Below are positions 55,379 to 64,000 of a stretch of DNA of 64,000 bases, in pieces; the stretch's first letter is position 1; the number at the start of each line of letters is the position of its first letter. Source of the stretch: Barthelona sp. PAP020 (lineage: Eukaryota); assembly GCA_040182905.1 (NCBI GenBank), contig JARQWU010000005.1:62001-126000 (forward strand), given 5' to 3'. A program made the position numbers and the translations under genes. A model generated the notes under the pieces. The model was not told the origin of the DNA, made no database searches, and saw nothing but the letters and a program-made list of their open reading frames with translations.

Positions 55379-56575
55379 ATGTATGCAGATTCAATTTGTG
55401 AAAAAAGGAAAAAAACTATTTGTGATATGCTTCCTTTGAGAATTGATGAAAATAGTATGGTTGAAATAAAGGGTATGCTTTCGGGTTATGTCTATGATTG
55501 TGCATATTCACCTGATGGAACATTATTGGTGATTTGTAGTGGGTGTATCTCCTATGTAATTGATGTAGAAACAAAAAGATTGAATCGAACACTGAAAGAT
55601 CATAGAAGTGCTGTCTATTGTGTTGCGTTTTCTCCAAATGGACAAAAGCTGGCTACAAGTTCATCTGATTCATCAATTATAATATATAACCTTCCAGATT
55701 TCTCCATTTGTGGCAGATTGGATAACAACGGTGAAGTTTTTGGAATTTGTTTTTCCCATTGTTCCAATTACATATTTTTTGGTGATTTTAGTGGGTCTGT
55801 TAAAAAGTTGGATGCAAGTAGTAGTAATATTGTTTTGGAAAAAGGAGTCAATTCAGGTGGAATTTGGAGAATAAAACTTTCACTAGATGGTAAATATCTT
55901 TTTATTTGTAGTGGAAATAGAAATGCCAAGTTAATTGATGCTCAAGATTTCACTGTTTTTCATATTTTTGATCATGAAAATGTCATTGGAGCCATTGAAT
56001 TCCATCCAACCAAAAGAATTTTGGTTGTTGGTGATCGTTCAAACAAAGTCAAGCTTTGGAATATGGATGATGGATTACTTATCCATACATTTATTATGGG
56101 TGGTCAAGTTTTTTCTCTTAAGTTCCTCACACCATTTATTCTACTTATTATGTCTGGTGATGGTTATATCACTTCATTCAACGTGGAAAGCTTTCAGCAG
56201 ATTCAAAAGCTTTATTGTAGTTGTGATATTGCTCTTTTTTCATTTGCTATATCACCTGATATGACCGAATTAGCATGTGGAAGATGTGGTATTAATTGTG
56301 TTAAGTTCTATTCAATTGTTCATTCTTACGATACCTCACAACAAGATAAATTCATTGATTTGGCAAAGGATAGTGGTTGTGTATTGTCACATCTTATTTC
56401 TGTGAATATTGAAACTCAAATTATTAGAAAACTAATCGCTTTAGGTATTTGTATGGATGAAAATGAGTATAATATGCTTGTTGACACATGTTGGGATTTG
56501 GTTGGTATCAACAAAATCAATGGTGGCAACATGTACATTTTTGTGAATGAACAAAGTGATGATGATGATGATTAA
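55379..56575 (+). CDS. WD40-repeat protein, paralog B of a local family
   Basis: Collinear and highly similar to 46366-47592 along its length (e.g. ICFSHCSNYI, VKLWxMDxG.L.HTF..GGQV, MSxDGYxTS, SFAISPDMT, LVDTCWDLV). Start is 55343 or 55379. Confidence 0.88.
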   Translation: MYADSICEKRKKTICDMLPLRIDENSMVEIKGMLSGYVYDCAYSPDGTLLVICSGCISYVIDVETKRLNRTLKDHRSAVYCVAFSPNGQKLATSSSDSSIIIYNLPDFSICGRLDNNGEVFGICFSHCSNYIFFGDFSGSVKKLDASSSNIVLEKGVNSGGIWRIKLSLDGKYLFICSGNRNAKLIDAQDFTVFHIFDHENVIGAIEFHPTKRILVVGDRSNKVKLWNMDDGLLIHTFIMGGQVFSLKFLTPFILLIMSGDGYITSFNVESFQQIQKLYCSCDIALFSFAISPDMTELACGRCGINCVKFYSIVHSYDTSQQDKFIDLAKDSGCVLSHLISVNIETQIIRKLIALGICMDENEYNMLVDTCWDLVGINKINGGNMYIFVNEQSDDDDD

Positions 56576-57198
56576 TTGGTTTTCTATCAACCACCATAAT
56601 TTGCACTTGTCATACATTTGTCCTATAAATTGACCTCAAGCTATCCTAATCTTTGAATAGTTTTGTGGTGTAATCTTACTCATTAAATCTTGTTCAATTC
56701 AACTTTATATCTCTTTTCTTTGAACCAAAGCGTAGAAACAGTTATAATTTTGTATAATTTAATGGGTTACAACTTTAGAATAATGGATTGCTACAATATA
56801 TACTTAAGCATCAAGCAAATATTTTTGAAATCTGTGGTTTGGAGAATTTGCTGAATTTTTGCGATGAACATCGTGTTTTACTCTGTATTTTCGTTGTATT
56901 AACTGTTGAAGGTGTCATTTTTCATTTTGGATGGGTTTGTTATTGATTGATGGAGAACTATCTTCATTTCAATTATTACCCTGTTTCTTTCATTGAGTGG
57001 ATTTTAGACGATCACTGCCTTAAAATTGGAAGTTCACCCTTTAGTCAACGTAGTCCAACAACTCCAACAATAAAATATCTTGATCTTTATTTGTTTTGTT
57101 TGTGTAATAAGCATAAAGTTCTAAAATGAAACATTAATTTTTGAAAACTCAATTCAAATATTGTTTAAAATAATGAAAGCAATTCAATTAAATAGAAA

Positions 57199-57711
57199 TT
57201 GTGAAGCGCAGCGGACATTTCACAAGGAGGGAAAAAGAAAAGCGTGAAGAAATGCGCCAGAATTTGAATCAAGCAAAATTTTTCGTATTTCAAAATTTAT
57301 CAAATAATAAAACAACTAGTTGAGCTTAAGACAAAGAAGAATCTAATGTTACTGGCTGATAAAGAATTTTGAAAGATTACAAAAGAAATTTTCCCAAAAT
57401 TTTCAACCATTGTCTGAATTTCCTTAATCAAATTTTCTATCCAAAGTTATTGANNNNNNNNNNNNNNNNNNNNNNNNNNNNNNNNNNNNNNNNNNNNNNN
57501 NNNNNNNNNNNNNNNNNNNNNNNNNNNNNNNNNNNNNNNNNNNNNNNNNNNNNGCCAGTAACATTAGATTCTTATTTGTCTTAAGCTCAACTAGTTGTTT
57601 TATTATTTGATAAATTCTGAAATACGAGAAATTTTGCTTGATTCAAATTCTGGCGCATTTCTTCACGCATTTCTTTTTCCCTCCTTGTGAAATGTCCGCT
57701 GCGCTTCACAA
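57199..57711. mobile_element. Putative TIR-bounded element (DNA transposon/MITE-like) whose interior falls in an assembly gap
   Basis: 57199-57356 is the reverse complement of 57554-57711 (158 bp, about 4 mismatches). Termini are TTGTG...CACAA, with GAAA directly outside both ends (57195-57198, 57712-57715). Confidence 0.55.
57454..57553. other. Assembly gap (100 N)
   Basis: Run of N characters. Confidence 1.
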
Positions 57712-58753
57712 GAAAAGGTATACGAAAGCTTTTATATATGGTGTGTTATTGAAATGGATAGTTCACACGACAATAATAATAAATGTTTATAAAGATCTTT
57801 ATTGTTCTCGGTTAGAGTTTGGGGGTACTTGCAACTGAGTCATTTGGCGTGGATGATTTAGGACACTCTTAAAAAGAAAGAAGTACTTCTGGTTTAGATG
57901 GGGCATGTATTTAAAGAAAAGTGTAATTCTTTCTTTTGCCCCTTGATTCACTTTAATATCTCACTTATGTTCTCTTTGTAGGACTTTGATATTCCATGTT
58001 GACCTAATTAATCTGTTTGTATCCATAATCTTTGAATTCTTACGATCAATTTTACTATTGCTTGAGCTTTTCAATTTTGATATCCATTAATATCTGAAAT
58101 TGCAAGAAGAAACCTTAAACACATTTATGTTGTCTTTTCTGTAAAATCCATGTACTTTGCTGCGAACATTTTGAGATGTTTTTATCACTTTACCCTTCAA
58201 CTTTTTTGCTTATTGATGTCAGAAGCTGCAAAGCATTTTTCGGTGTGATTTATTCTTAACAGCAATGAAAGCCCAACTATTTCAAATTTAAAATGATTCT
58301 TCATGTAGAATTTGTTGCTTTATTGTTTCCATCAAGTGTTCTTCTTTTGAAACAGTATTAGGTCAATGAAAATCAAAAATCCCCAAATTTGCTACTCTTT
58401 CTTTATTGTGCAATTCATTCAAGCAGTGGTTGCTTTTTATTTAAATTTTTTTAATCAAAAAAGACAAATAATTGAGAATTTTCAAGTTGAAAAAAGGATA
58501 AACTCCAATTGAATTTGCAAGAACACTTTTCAAAAAGAGATGTTTTAAACGGAAAAGATATGGTAAAAAGAGTTTTTGAGTCATTTTAACCCAATATATA
58601 TCATTTTTCATTTAGTGGAGAATTAAACCAATATTATCCAATTTACACTGAAAAAAATATTCATCACAAACAAATATTGTGAAAAAAATTAAAATTTGGT
58701 CAAATCCAAAATCTTGACCTTTCATGATTTGAACTATTAACTTTTTTTCTTAC

Positions 58754-60118
58754 ATGAAGAGCATCAGTATCATATTAACATTATCTATTATTGGTTTGGT
58801 TTTTTGTTATAATGTTGTTGAAGACTACAATGATCAGACATATACCAATTATTTTGAACAAAAGTTAAATCATTTTGATCGTTTTGATTCAAGAACTTTT
58901 AAACAACGTTATTTTTTAAACACTGATTATTGGGATGGAAAGGGACCAATTTTTATTTATATTGGAGGAGAAGCACCTCAATCTGCAGCTCCTAGTTCAA
59001 AAGGATTTTTGGGTGTGCTTGCAAAGGAACATAATGCGTTGATTGCCGCTCTTGAACATCGTTATTATGGAAAATCACAACCTTTCAGATATCAAACCAC
59101 CGAAAATCTTGAATATCTTTCTGTTAGTCAGGCTTTAGCTGATTTGGCTGAATTTATTGTGTATATTAAGGATCAAATACATATTGATCGTCCTGAGTTC
59201 ACTCCTAAGTTTGTAATTGCTGGAGGAAGTTATGCAGGCAGTTTAAGTGCTTACTTCCGATTGAAATATCCTCATTTAGTTCTTGGAGCTTGGTCTAGTT
59301 CTGGTGTTGTTAATGTCACCAAAGAGACCCTTTTCTTCACCGCATTTGATAAACACATTGTTGAAGCTGCTGGAAAAGATTGTGGAGATGCTATGCGTGC
59401 TGTTACTGAAGAGTTTGACAAAATTTATCACGATAAGGAGAAATTAGCTGAATTTAAGTTCAGAATTAATTCTGTTGACATGGTTGATGAAGATGTTCCT
59501 TATATGGTTGCTGATTCTTTGGTTATGACTGTTCAATATTCATCAAAGAGCAAAATTTGTCCCAAATTGGTGGACGGATTCAAGAAGAACGAAATCATGG
59601 AAGCTTATTATGATGTAATGAACAATATTTTTTTCCCCATTATTCTTAGAGGAGATTACAAATCATACGATCGAAAATTTAATGCTAATACAGATACAGC
59701 AACATATGATTTGAGTGCTAGAACATGGTGGTTGCAAAAATGCAAACAAGTTGCATATTTTCAAATAGCTTATCCTTCTGATCCAATTAGAATTCAGGAT
59801 GTGGATATGAATTGGCATCTTGAACGTTGTGAGTATTTGTTTGGAAAGAATTTGACCCCTGATATTCATGAAATGGAAGTTTTGTTCAATGGCAAAGATA
59901 TTCATGCTGAAAATATTATCTATACTAACTTTAGTGATGATCCTTGGGCAGAAGCAGGTGTAAAGAGAGCGCCTAATGATAAGTGCTATTTCTCTTATGC
60001 CATTGGTGATGATTTGGGACATTGTATTGATATGCATGCTCCAAGTGACAGTGATCCACAGAGTTTGAAAGATACAAGAAATTTGATCAGACAAGCCTTC
60101 AATGAGTGGTTGGCTTAA
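58754..60118 (+). CDS. Secreted/lysosomal serine peptidase, family S28
   Basis: Signal peptide; FEQKLNHF, TFKQRY, GPIFIYIGGE, LEHRYYGKS, QALADLA, nucleophile GGSYAG, DDPW and HCIDM. Confidence 0.93.
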   Translation: MKSISIILTLSIIGLVFCYNVVEDYNDQTYTNYFEQKLNHFDRFDSRTFKQRYFLNTDYWDGKGPIFIYIGGEAPQSAAPSSKGFLGVLAKEHNALIAALEHRYYGKSQPFRYQTTENLEYLSVSQALADLAEFIVYIKDQIHIDRPEFTPKFVIAGGSYAGSLSAYFRLKYPHLVLGAWSSSGVVNVTKETLFFTAFDKHIVEAAGKDCGDAMRAVTEEFDKIYHDKEKLAEFKFRINSVDMVDEDVPYMVADSLVMTVQYSSKSKICPKLVDGFKKNEIMEAYYDVMNNIFFPIILRGDYKSYDRKFNANTDTATYDLSARTWWLQKCKQVAYFQIAYPSDPIRIQDVDMNWHLERCEYLFGKNLTPDIHEMEVLFNGKDIHAENIIYTNFSDDPWAEAGVKRAPNDKCYFSYAIGDDLGHCIDMHAPSDSDPQSLKDTRNLIRQAFNEWLA

Positions 60119-60410
60119 GTAAATTTCTTTATTGTTCTTTTTTGTTTGAAAAAAATTCTTTTTATTTCAAAAGCCAAACCAAACCAGGATGTTTTGTCAC
60201 TCTTTAAACATTAAATGTGTTGAAAAAACCAAGTTTTTTTTTTAGGAATATATTCGCAAAAATCAATCATTAGGATGCGTAAAACAAAAATAAGTGAAAA
60301 GAAATGCATAACACTTGAATTTACCAAAAAGAATCATGAAACAACTGTTTGTTTCTTTTTGAAATTTATCAAACATACATCAAACGTTGGGAAAATTTGA
60401 AAAATACATT

Positions 60411-60896
60411 TTACTTTAGAATCTTTGGGACATTATCTAATAGATGAAATTTTGAATAGACATCAGCTTCAAAAGTTCTATTTTCCTCCAAATGCTCATT
60501 TTGACTATTAAAAATATTGTATGGTTCTGTGGGTACAATTCGACCACAATTGACACAACTAACTATCCATTGGCCTTGAATAAAATGAACTGTCTTTGAT
60601 TGAGCCAGATTTTTTTGTCGTTTGGTTGAAGAAAGGTTTGTACATATAACATGTGTAACTGAGGAATTTAAGTATGGAACAACTCTACCACCATGTAATT
60701 GGACCATTTTTCGAAGATGATAAGCAGAATATTCAATGTTTTTATCAGTTTGTCCATTAAAAAAAAAGGTCAAATTAAAAAAAATGTTATCAATGGGTTG
60801 GATGGCTTGTTTTTGCAAAGCATTAGAACGCAAAGTCCACCACGGCTTTTTCATAACGTCACTCGGTTTTCCAGCCTTATTGATTGTTTGTGACAT
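60411..60896 (-). CDS. Small stand-alone BRCT-domain protein (REV1-type BRCT)
   Basis: IFFNLTFFFNGQT...LRKMVQLHGG...VTHVICTNL...WIVSCVNCGRIVPTEPY. Confidence 0.75.
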   Translation of the reverse strand: MSQTINKAGKPSDVMKKPWWTLRSNALQKQAIQPIDNIFFNLTFFFNGQTDKNIEYSAYHLRKMVQLHGGRVVPYLNSSVTHVICTNLSSTKRQKNLAQSKTVHFIQGQWIVSCVNCGRIVPTEPYNIFNSQNEHLEENRTFEADVYSKFHLLDNVPKILK

Positions 60897-60961
60897 TCAA
60901 AATATCATTGAAACAAATTGCAAAATAAAAATTCAAACTATTTTTTTTTTATTAAAAACGA

Positions 60962-61882
60962 ATGCCACCAAAACAGGACCCATCAACTTTGTTAAAATCA
61001 ACTTTAGAATTATCTAAAACCTTATCCAATCCTGGTTTAGTTGTTCTTGAAAGTTTCGCAGGATGGGCCAAGCGTTGTTTGGCTTGTGTGGATTTATTTA
61101 GACGATTACAAGTTGATTATGTTGATAAACCATTGCAATTTTGCAGAATTGATGCAAAATATTTAAAGGATGTTGACTCTGATGATTGTTGTCCTCATTT
61201 TCATTTTTTCTTACATGGTGAACAAGTGGATTTAATTAGAGGTGTAGACACACCTAAAATTATTAGATTAATTGAGAAATATTTGGGCGATGTTGATAAA
61301 CAGCCTGAACAATCTCATGTAGATGAAACTGTTGTCCTTTTGGAAGATTTTGGTCAAGAAATAGAAAGTGAAAAAGAAGAAGAGGTGGAAGAAGAAGAAG
61401 AAGAAAAAGAAGAAGAAGAAGAAGAAGTGATGGCCAATACAGATAAAATGGAAGAAGAAGAATTTAAGCAAAAAGATGTAGATGAAGAGTTTACTACAAA
61501 CAATGTTGACAAAGTTAGCATTGAGAATGAATCTGTCAAAGAAGAAAAAACGTCCATTGAAAATATTGAAGAAAGTAATATCGAAAAGACTGACTCTGTT
61601 TCAAAGCTTGATTCAAATGACCAAAAAGAGAAAAAAGAGGAGAATAAGGAAAAAGAAGAAAATATTATTGATAAAGTTATTGATTTTGTGGAAGATAATG
61701 TTATTGGAAAGGAAGAAAATGATGCAAATAATGAAAAGGAGGAAATTATGGAAAATGACAAGATTATTGTCAGTGATGATAAAGATGCCGTGAAAACAGA
61801 TGTTGTAAAGGATGAGCAAGATGATGAATCGACTCCACCACCTCCAAAGTCACCCATCAACAGTGATAATGTTCGCCCATAA
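60962..61882 (+). CDS. Thioredoxin-fold protein resembling outer-arm dynein thioredoxin light chains (NME8/NME9 Trx domain) with long acidic tail
   Basis: GLVVLESFAGWAKRC...LFRRLQVDY...LQFC...CPHFHFFLHGEQVDLIRGVDTPKI parallels the dynein-associated Trx domain; the C-terminus is E/D-rich. Confidence 0.6.
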   Translation: MPPKQDPSTLLKSTLELSKTLSNPGLVVLESFAGWAKRCLACVDLFRRLQVDYVDKPLQFCRIDAKYLKDVDSDDCCPHFHFFLHGEQVDLIRGVDTPKIIRLIEKYLGDVDKQPEQSHVDETVVLLEDFGQEIESEKEEEVEEEEEEKEEEEEEVMANTDKMEEEEFKQKDVDEEFTTNNVDKVSIENESVKEEKTSIENIEESNIEKTDSVSKLDSNDQKEKKEENKEKEENIIDKVIDFVEDNVIGKEENDANNEKEEIMENDKIIVSDDKDAVKTDVVKDEQDDESTPPPPKSPINSDNVRP

Positions 61883-62209
61883 GAAATTTTATGTGTAAAG
61901 TTATGAATTTTTTTTAATTAAAATAGTTTTGAAAGATTTCAAAAAAAAAAAGAAGCAACACTTCAATGGACAATCTGACTTTATGCAATTTAAAATTTGA
62001 ACAAATTTCATGGCTAAATAATGATCAAATCAAAAAGGAAAATGAAAAATAAACGAAAAATTGATGATTTAAAATATTTCAATTTTTGGGGTTTCAAATC
62101 CAAAAAGAAGAGCAAGAGAAGCTCCAAATCAAAAAGAAACGTGTTTTCAAAGAATAAAACAAACCTCAATCAAAATCAGTATGTTATTTTTTTTTTCAAG
62201 TTATTTGCA

Positions 62210-62624
62210 ATGCAAAATACGGAAACTCGTCAAGTTTACGAAAATACATATCAATTAAAACCCGAAAGACCGTATATATTATTGTGTGAATTGTATCTAA
62301 CATTGTAGATTTGAAATACCAAAAGTAAGAACAATTATTGAAGAAGTTCTTAATTCAGAATTAGAAAATAAGTATTATGATCCAGATTGGGCCAATTCAG
62401 TTGCACAAACCATCTCTGAGAAAGTTGTCAAAAATATTCAAACTCTTGAATTTGATAGATTTAAAATAGTATGTCAAACATCCATATTTGAAAATCGTGG
62501 ACAAGGTATGGCAGTATCTTCAAGATGTTTGTGGGATTCTGAAACAGACAATTACGTATCTGTTACTCATAAAGGCCAAACTTTCCAAGCTGTTTGCATT
62601 GTATTTGGTGTTTATTTTGAATAA
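62210..62624 (+). CDS. Tctex1-domain dynein light chain (TCTEX1D2/Tctex2-like); exons 62210-62271 and 62309-62624
   Basis: Only the first exon appears in the ORF track. Spliced product: MQNTETRQVYENTYQLKPERPFEIPKVRTIIEEVL...DRFKIVCQ..IFENRGQGMAVSSRCLWDSETDNY...AVCIVFGVYFE*. Confidence 0.9.
62272..62308 (+). other. Spliceosomal intron (37 nt, phase 2) in the Tctex gene
   Basis: GTATAT...TCTAAC-ATTGTAG; removal gives an in-frame join. Confidence 0.88.
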
Positions 62625-62670
62625 TATTGTGTAAAGAAGAAGAATTTTTTTTTTGTTTGATGTTTTGTTG

Positions 62671-63909
62671 ATGTTAAAAATCTCGAAAAAACATTTTGTT
62701 AATAGGTTGTTCAGTATGAAACCTGAAGATTTTCAACCAAAGTCCTTTCTTTCTAAAAATTATATTTATTTAGATAATAATGCGTCAACTCAATTAGACA
62801 TCAGGGTATTGGATAAAATGTTACCATATTTAAAGGAGAATTATGGAAATCCACATTCTATCACACACCCATTTGGATGGAATTCATTCGAAGCAATATT
62901 AGAAGCAAAACGTCAAATCAGTGATTTGGTTGGTTGTAAACCTGAAAATATTATTTTTACATCTGGTGCAACTGAAGCAAATAATTTAGCTTTAAGAGGA
63001 TTACATTCTTTAAATTGTAAAGATAAGAACATAGCAATAACAGCATTTGAACACCCCTCTGTTATTGAATCAGCTAAACTTGAAGCTTTCGAGAATAATG
63101 TTGGTTTGAAAAAAATCCCCGTTAAGAATGGACATGTGTCAGTTGAGAATCTGAAAAAAGATCTTGAAGATGTTGGAGTTTTTGCATGTATGCACGCCAA
63201 CAATGAAATAGGGACAATTAATGATATTGATGAAATTGCAAAGATTTGCAAACAAAATGATGTATTATTGCATGTTGACGCTGTTCAGTCCATTGCACAT
63301 TTGCCTATAAATATGCAAAATACACCTGGTATTTCTTCTTTAGCATTTTCAGGTCACAAAATGAATGGGCCTATGGGTGTTGGAGCTTTATGTTTGAATG
63401 AGAACGTTGAAATATTACCACTCATTGTCGGTGGTCATCAACAACAAGGGTTACGTGCAGGAACTGTTCCTACTTCATTGGTTGTAGGTTTAGGGGAGGC
63501 ATGTGCTTTAATTAGCAAAGAAATGAAATCAAACACGGAAAAATTAAAGAATTTAAAAAGTATATTTTTGGAATATTTGGAAGAACATTTAGATAATTGG
63601 GAAATAAATGGAACTGAACCGATTTTGCCAAATTGTATTTCTATTTCATTTTTGAATGTTGAAGGAGAATCTTTGGTTGCCTATTTACCTAATTTAGCTG
63701 TTTCAACTGGATCAGCATGTGCTTCAGATTCTCTTGAGGGTAGTTATGTTATACAAGCAATTTCTGAAGATGAAATAAAACCTCACACATCAATTCGTTT
63801 TTCTTTATCATCTAAATTAACAGAAGAAGACATTTTGAGAGCTGCTAAGGAAGTTTGTGATGCTGTAAAAAATTTGAGAAAATTATCTCCTTTAAATAGT
63901 CTATTGTAA
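62671..63909 (+). CDS. NFS1: Cysteine desulfurase NFS1/IscS (group I) with N-terminal organellar presequence
   Basis: IYLDNNAST, YGNPHS, IIFTSGATEANN, NNEIGT, HVDAVQ, PLP-Lys SGHK, GLRAGT, catalytic STGSACAS, SIRFS. The first in-frame ATG is at 62671 (MLKISKKHFVNRLFS). Confidence 0.92.
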   Translation: MLKISKKHFVNRLFSMKPEDFQPKSFLSKNYIYLDNNASTQLDIRVLDKMLPYLKENYGNPHSITHPFGWNSFEAILEAKRQISDLVGCKPENIIFTSGATEANNLALRGLHSLNCKDKNIAITAFEHPSVIESAKLEAFENNVGLKKIPVKNGHVSVENLKKDLEDVGVFACMHANNEIGTINDIDEIAKICKQNDVLLHVDAVQSIAHLPINMQNTPGISSLAFSGHKMNGPMGVGALCLNENVEILPLIVGGHQQQGLRAGTVPTSLVVGLGEACALISKEMKSNTEKLKNLKSIFLEYLEEHLDNWEINGTEPILPNCISISFLNVEGESLVAYLPNLAVSTGSACASDSLEGSYVIQAISEDEIKPHTSIRFSLSSKLTEEDILRAAKEVCDAVKNLRKLSPLNSLL

Positions 63910-64000
63910 ATATTTGATATTTTATTGTTTTATTTTTTACTTTATTGTGATAAATTGGAAAAAATATTGGATTTCATCAACTGTAATCTCCTTTGACATT

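Noticed and set aside
56600..58700. Short ORFs around the gap (56947-57129, 57369-57584, 57638-57838) as transposase fragments
   Set aside because: No recognisable motifs; one spans Ns and one starts within the inverted repeat.
62021..62209. Lys-rich N-terminal extension of ORF 62021-62308
   Set aside because: A-rich intergenic-like sequence; Tctex homology starts at the ATG at 62210 and continues after the intron.
43389..63909. YqeC, GPx-like and cysteine desulfurase as a physical selenium gene cluster
   Set aside because: They are 7-10 kb apart with unrelated genes between. The GPx has no Sec codon and NFS1 looks like the ordinary ISC enzyme.
1..64000. Alternative genetic code, tRNA/rRNA genes, CRISPR arrays, prokaryotic operons
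   Set aside because: TAA and TGA terminate conserved proteins at expected positions and TAG ends long ORFs. I saw no tRNA, rRNA or repeat-spacer pattern, and the locus is clearly eukaryotic.

Overview
AT-rich, very gene-dense eukaryotic (protist) nuclear DNA using the standard genetic code. It holds about 30 protein genes, most without introns. Four spliceosomal introns are supported by protein homology: three are tiny (37-40 nt) and all four have GTAT 5' ends and a CTAAC branch point fixed 6-7 nt from the 3' end. This intron style, the flagellar dynein light chains, Brl1/Brr6 and an NFS1 with a short ML-type presequence suggest a flagellate with mitochondrion-related organelles, plausibly a metamonad (inference only). 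Genes recognised from motifs: pecanex C-terminus, DEK1-like membrane calpain, RtcA, eEF1B-gamma, CstF-77, NAA25/Mdm20, long RNase Z, V-ATPase d, AP-3 sigma, TRPC4AP-like, Brl1/Brr6, SGT1, GPx-like, peptidase S28, a BRCT protein, a thioredoxin-like dynein light chain, a Tctex-family light chain and NFS1. Most notable observations: (1) a prokaryote-type YqeC domain, a marker of the selenium-dependent molybdenum hydroxylase cofactor system, fused to a eukaryote-like coiled-coil/low-complexity N-terminus; (2) a C/D-box snoRNA with the snR38 guide (LSU Gm2815 equivalent) inside the eEF1B-gamma intron, the same host gene as in budding yeast; (3) a 158-bp inverted repeat with a candidate 4-bp target-site duplication around a 100-N assembly gap; (4) several apparent pseudoenzymes and a WD40 paralog family. 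All family calls come from motif recognition by eye, not database searches.
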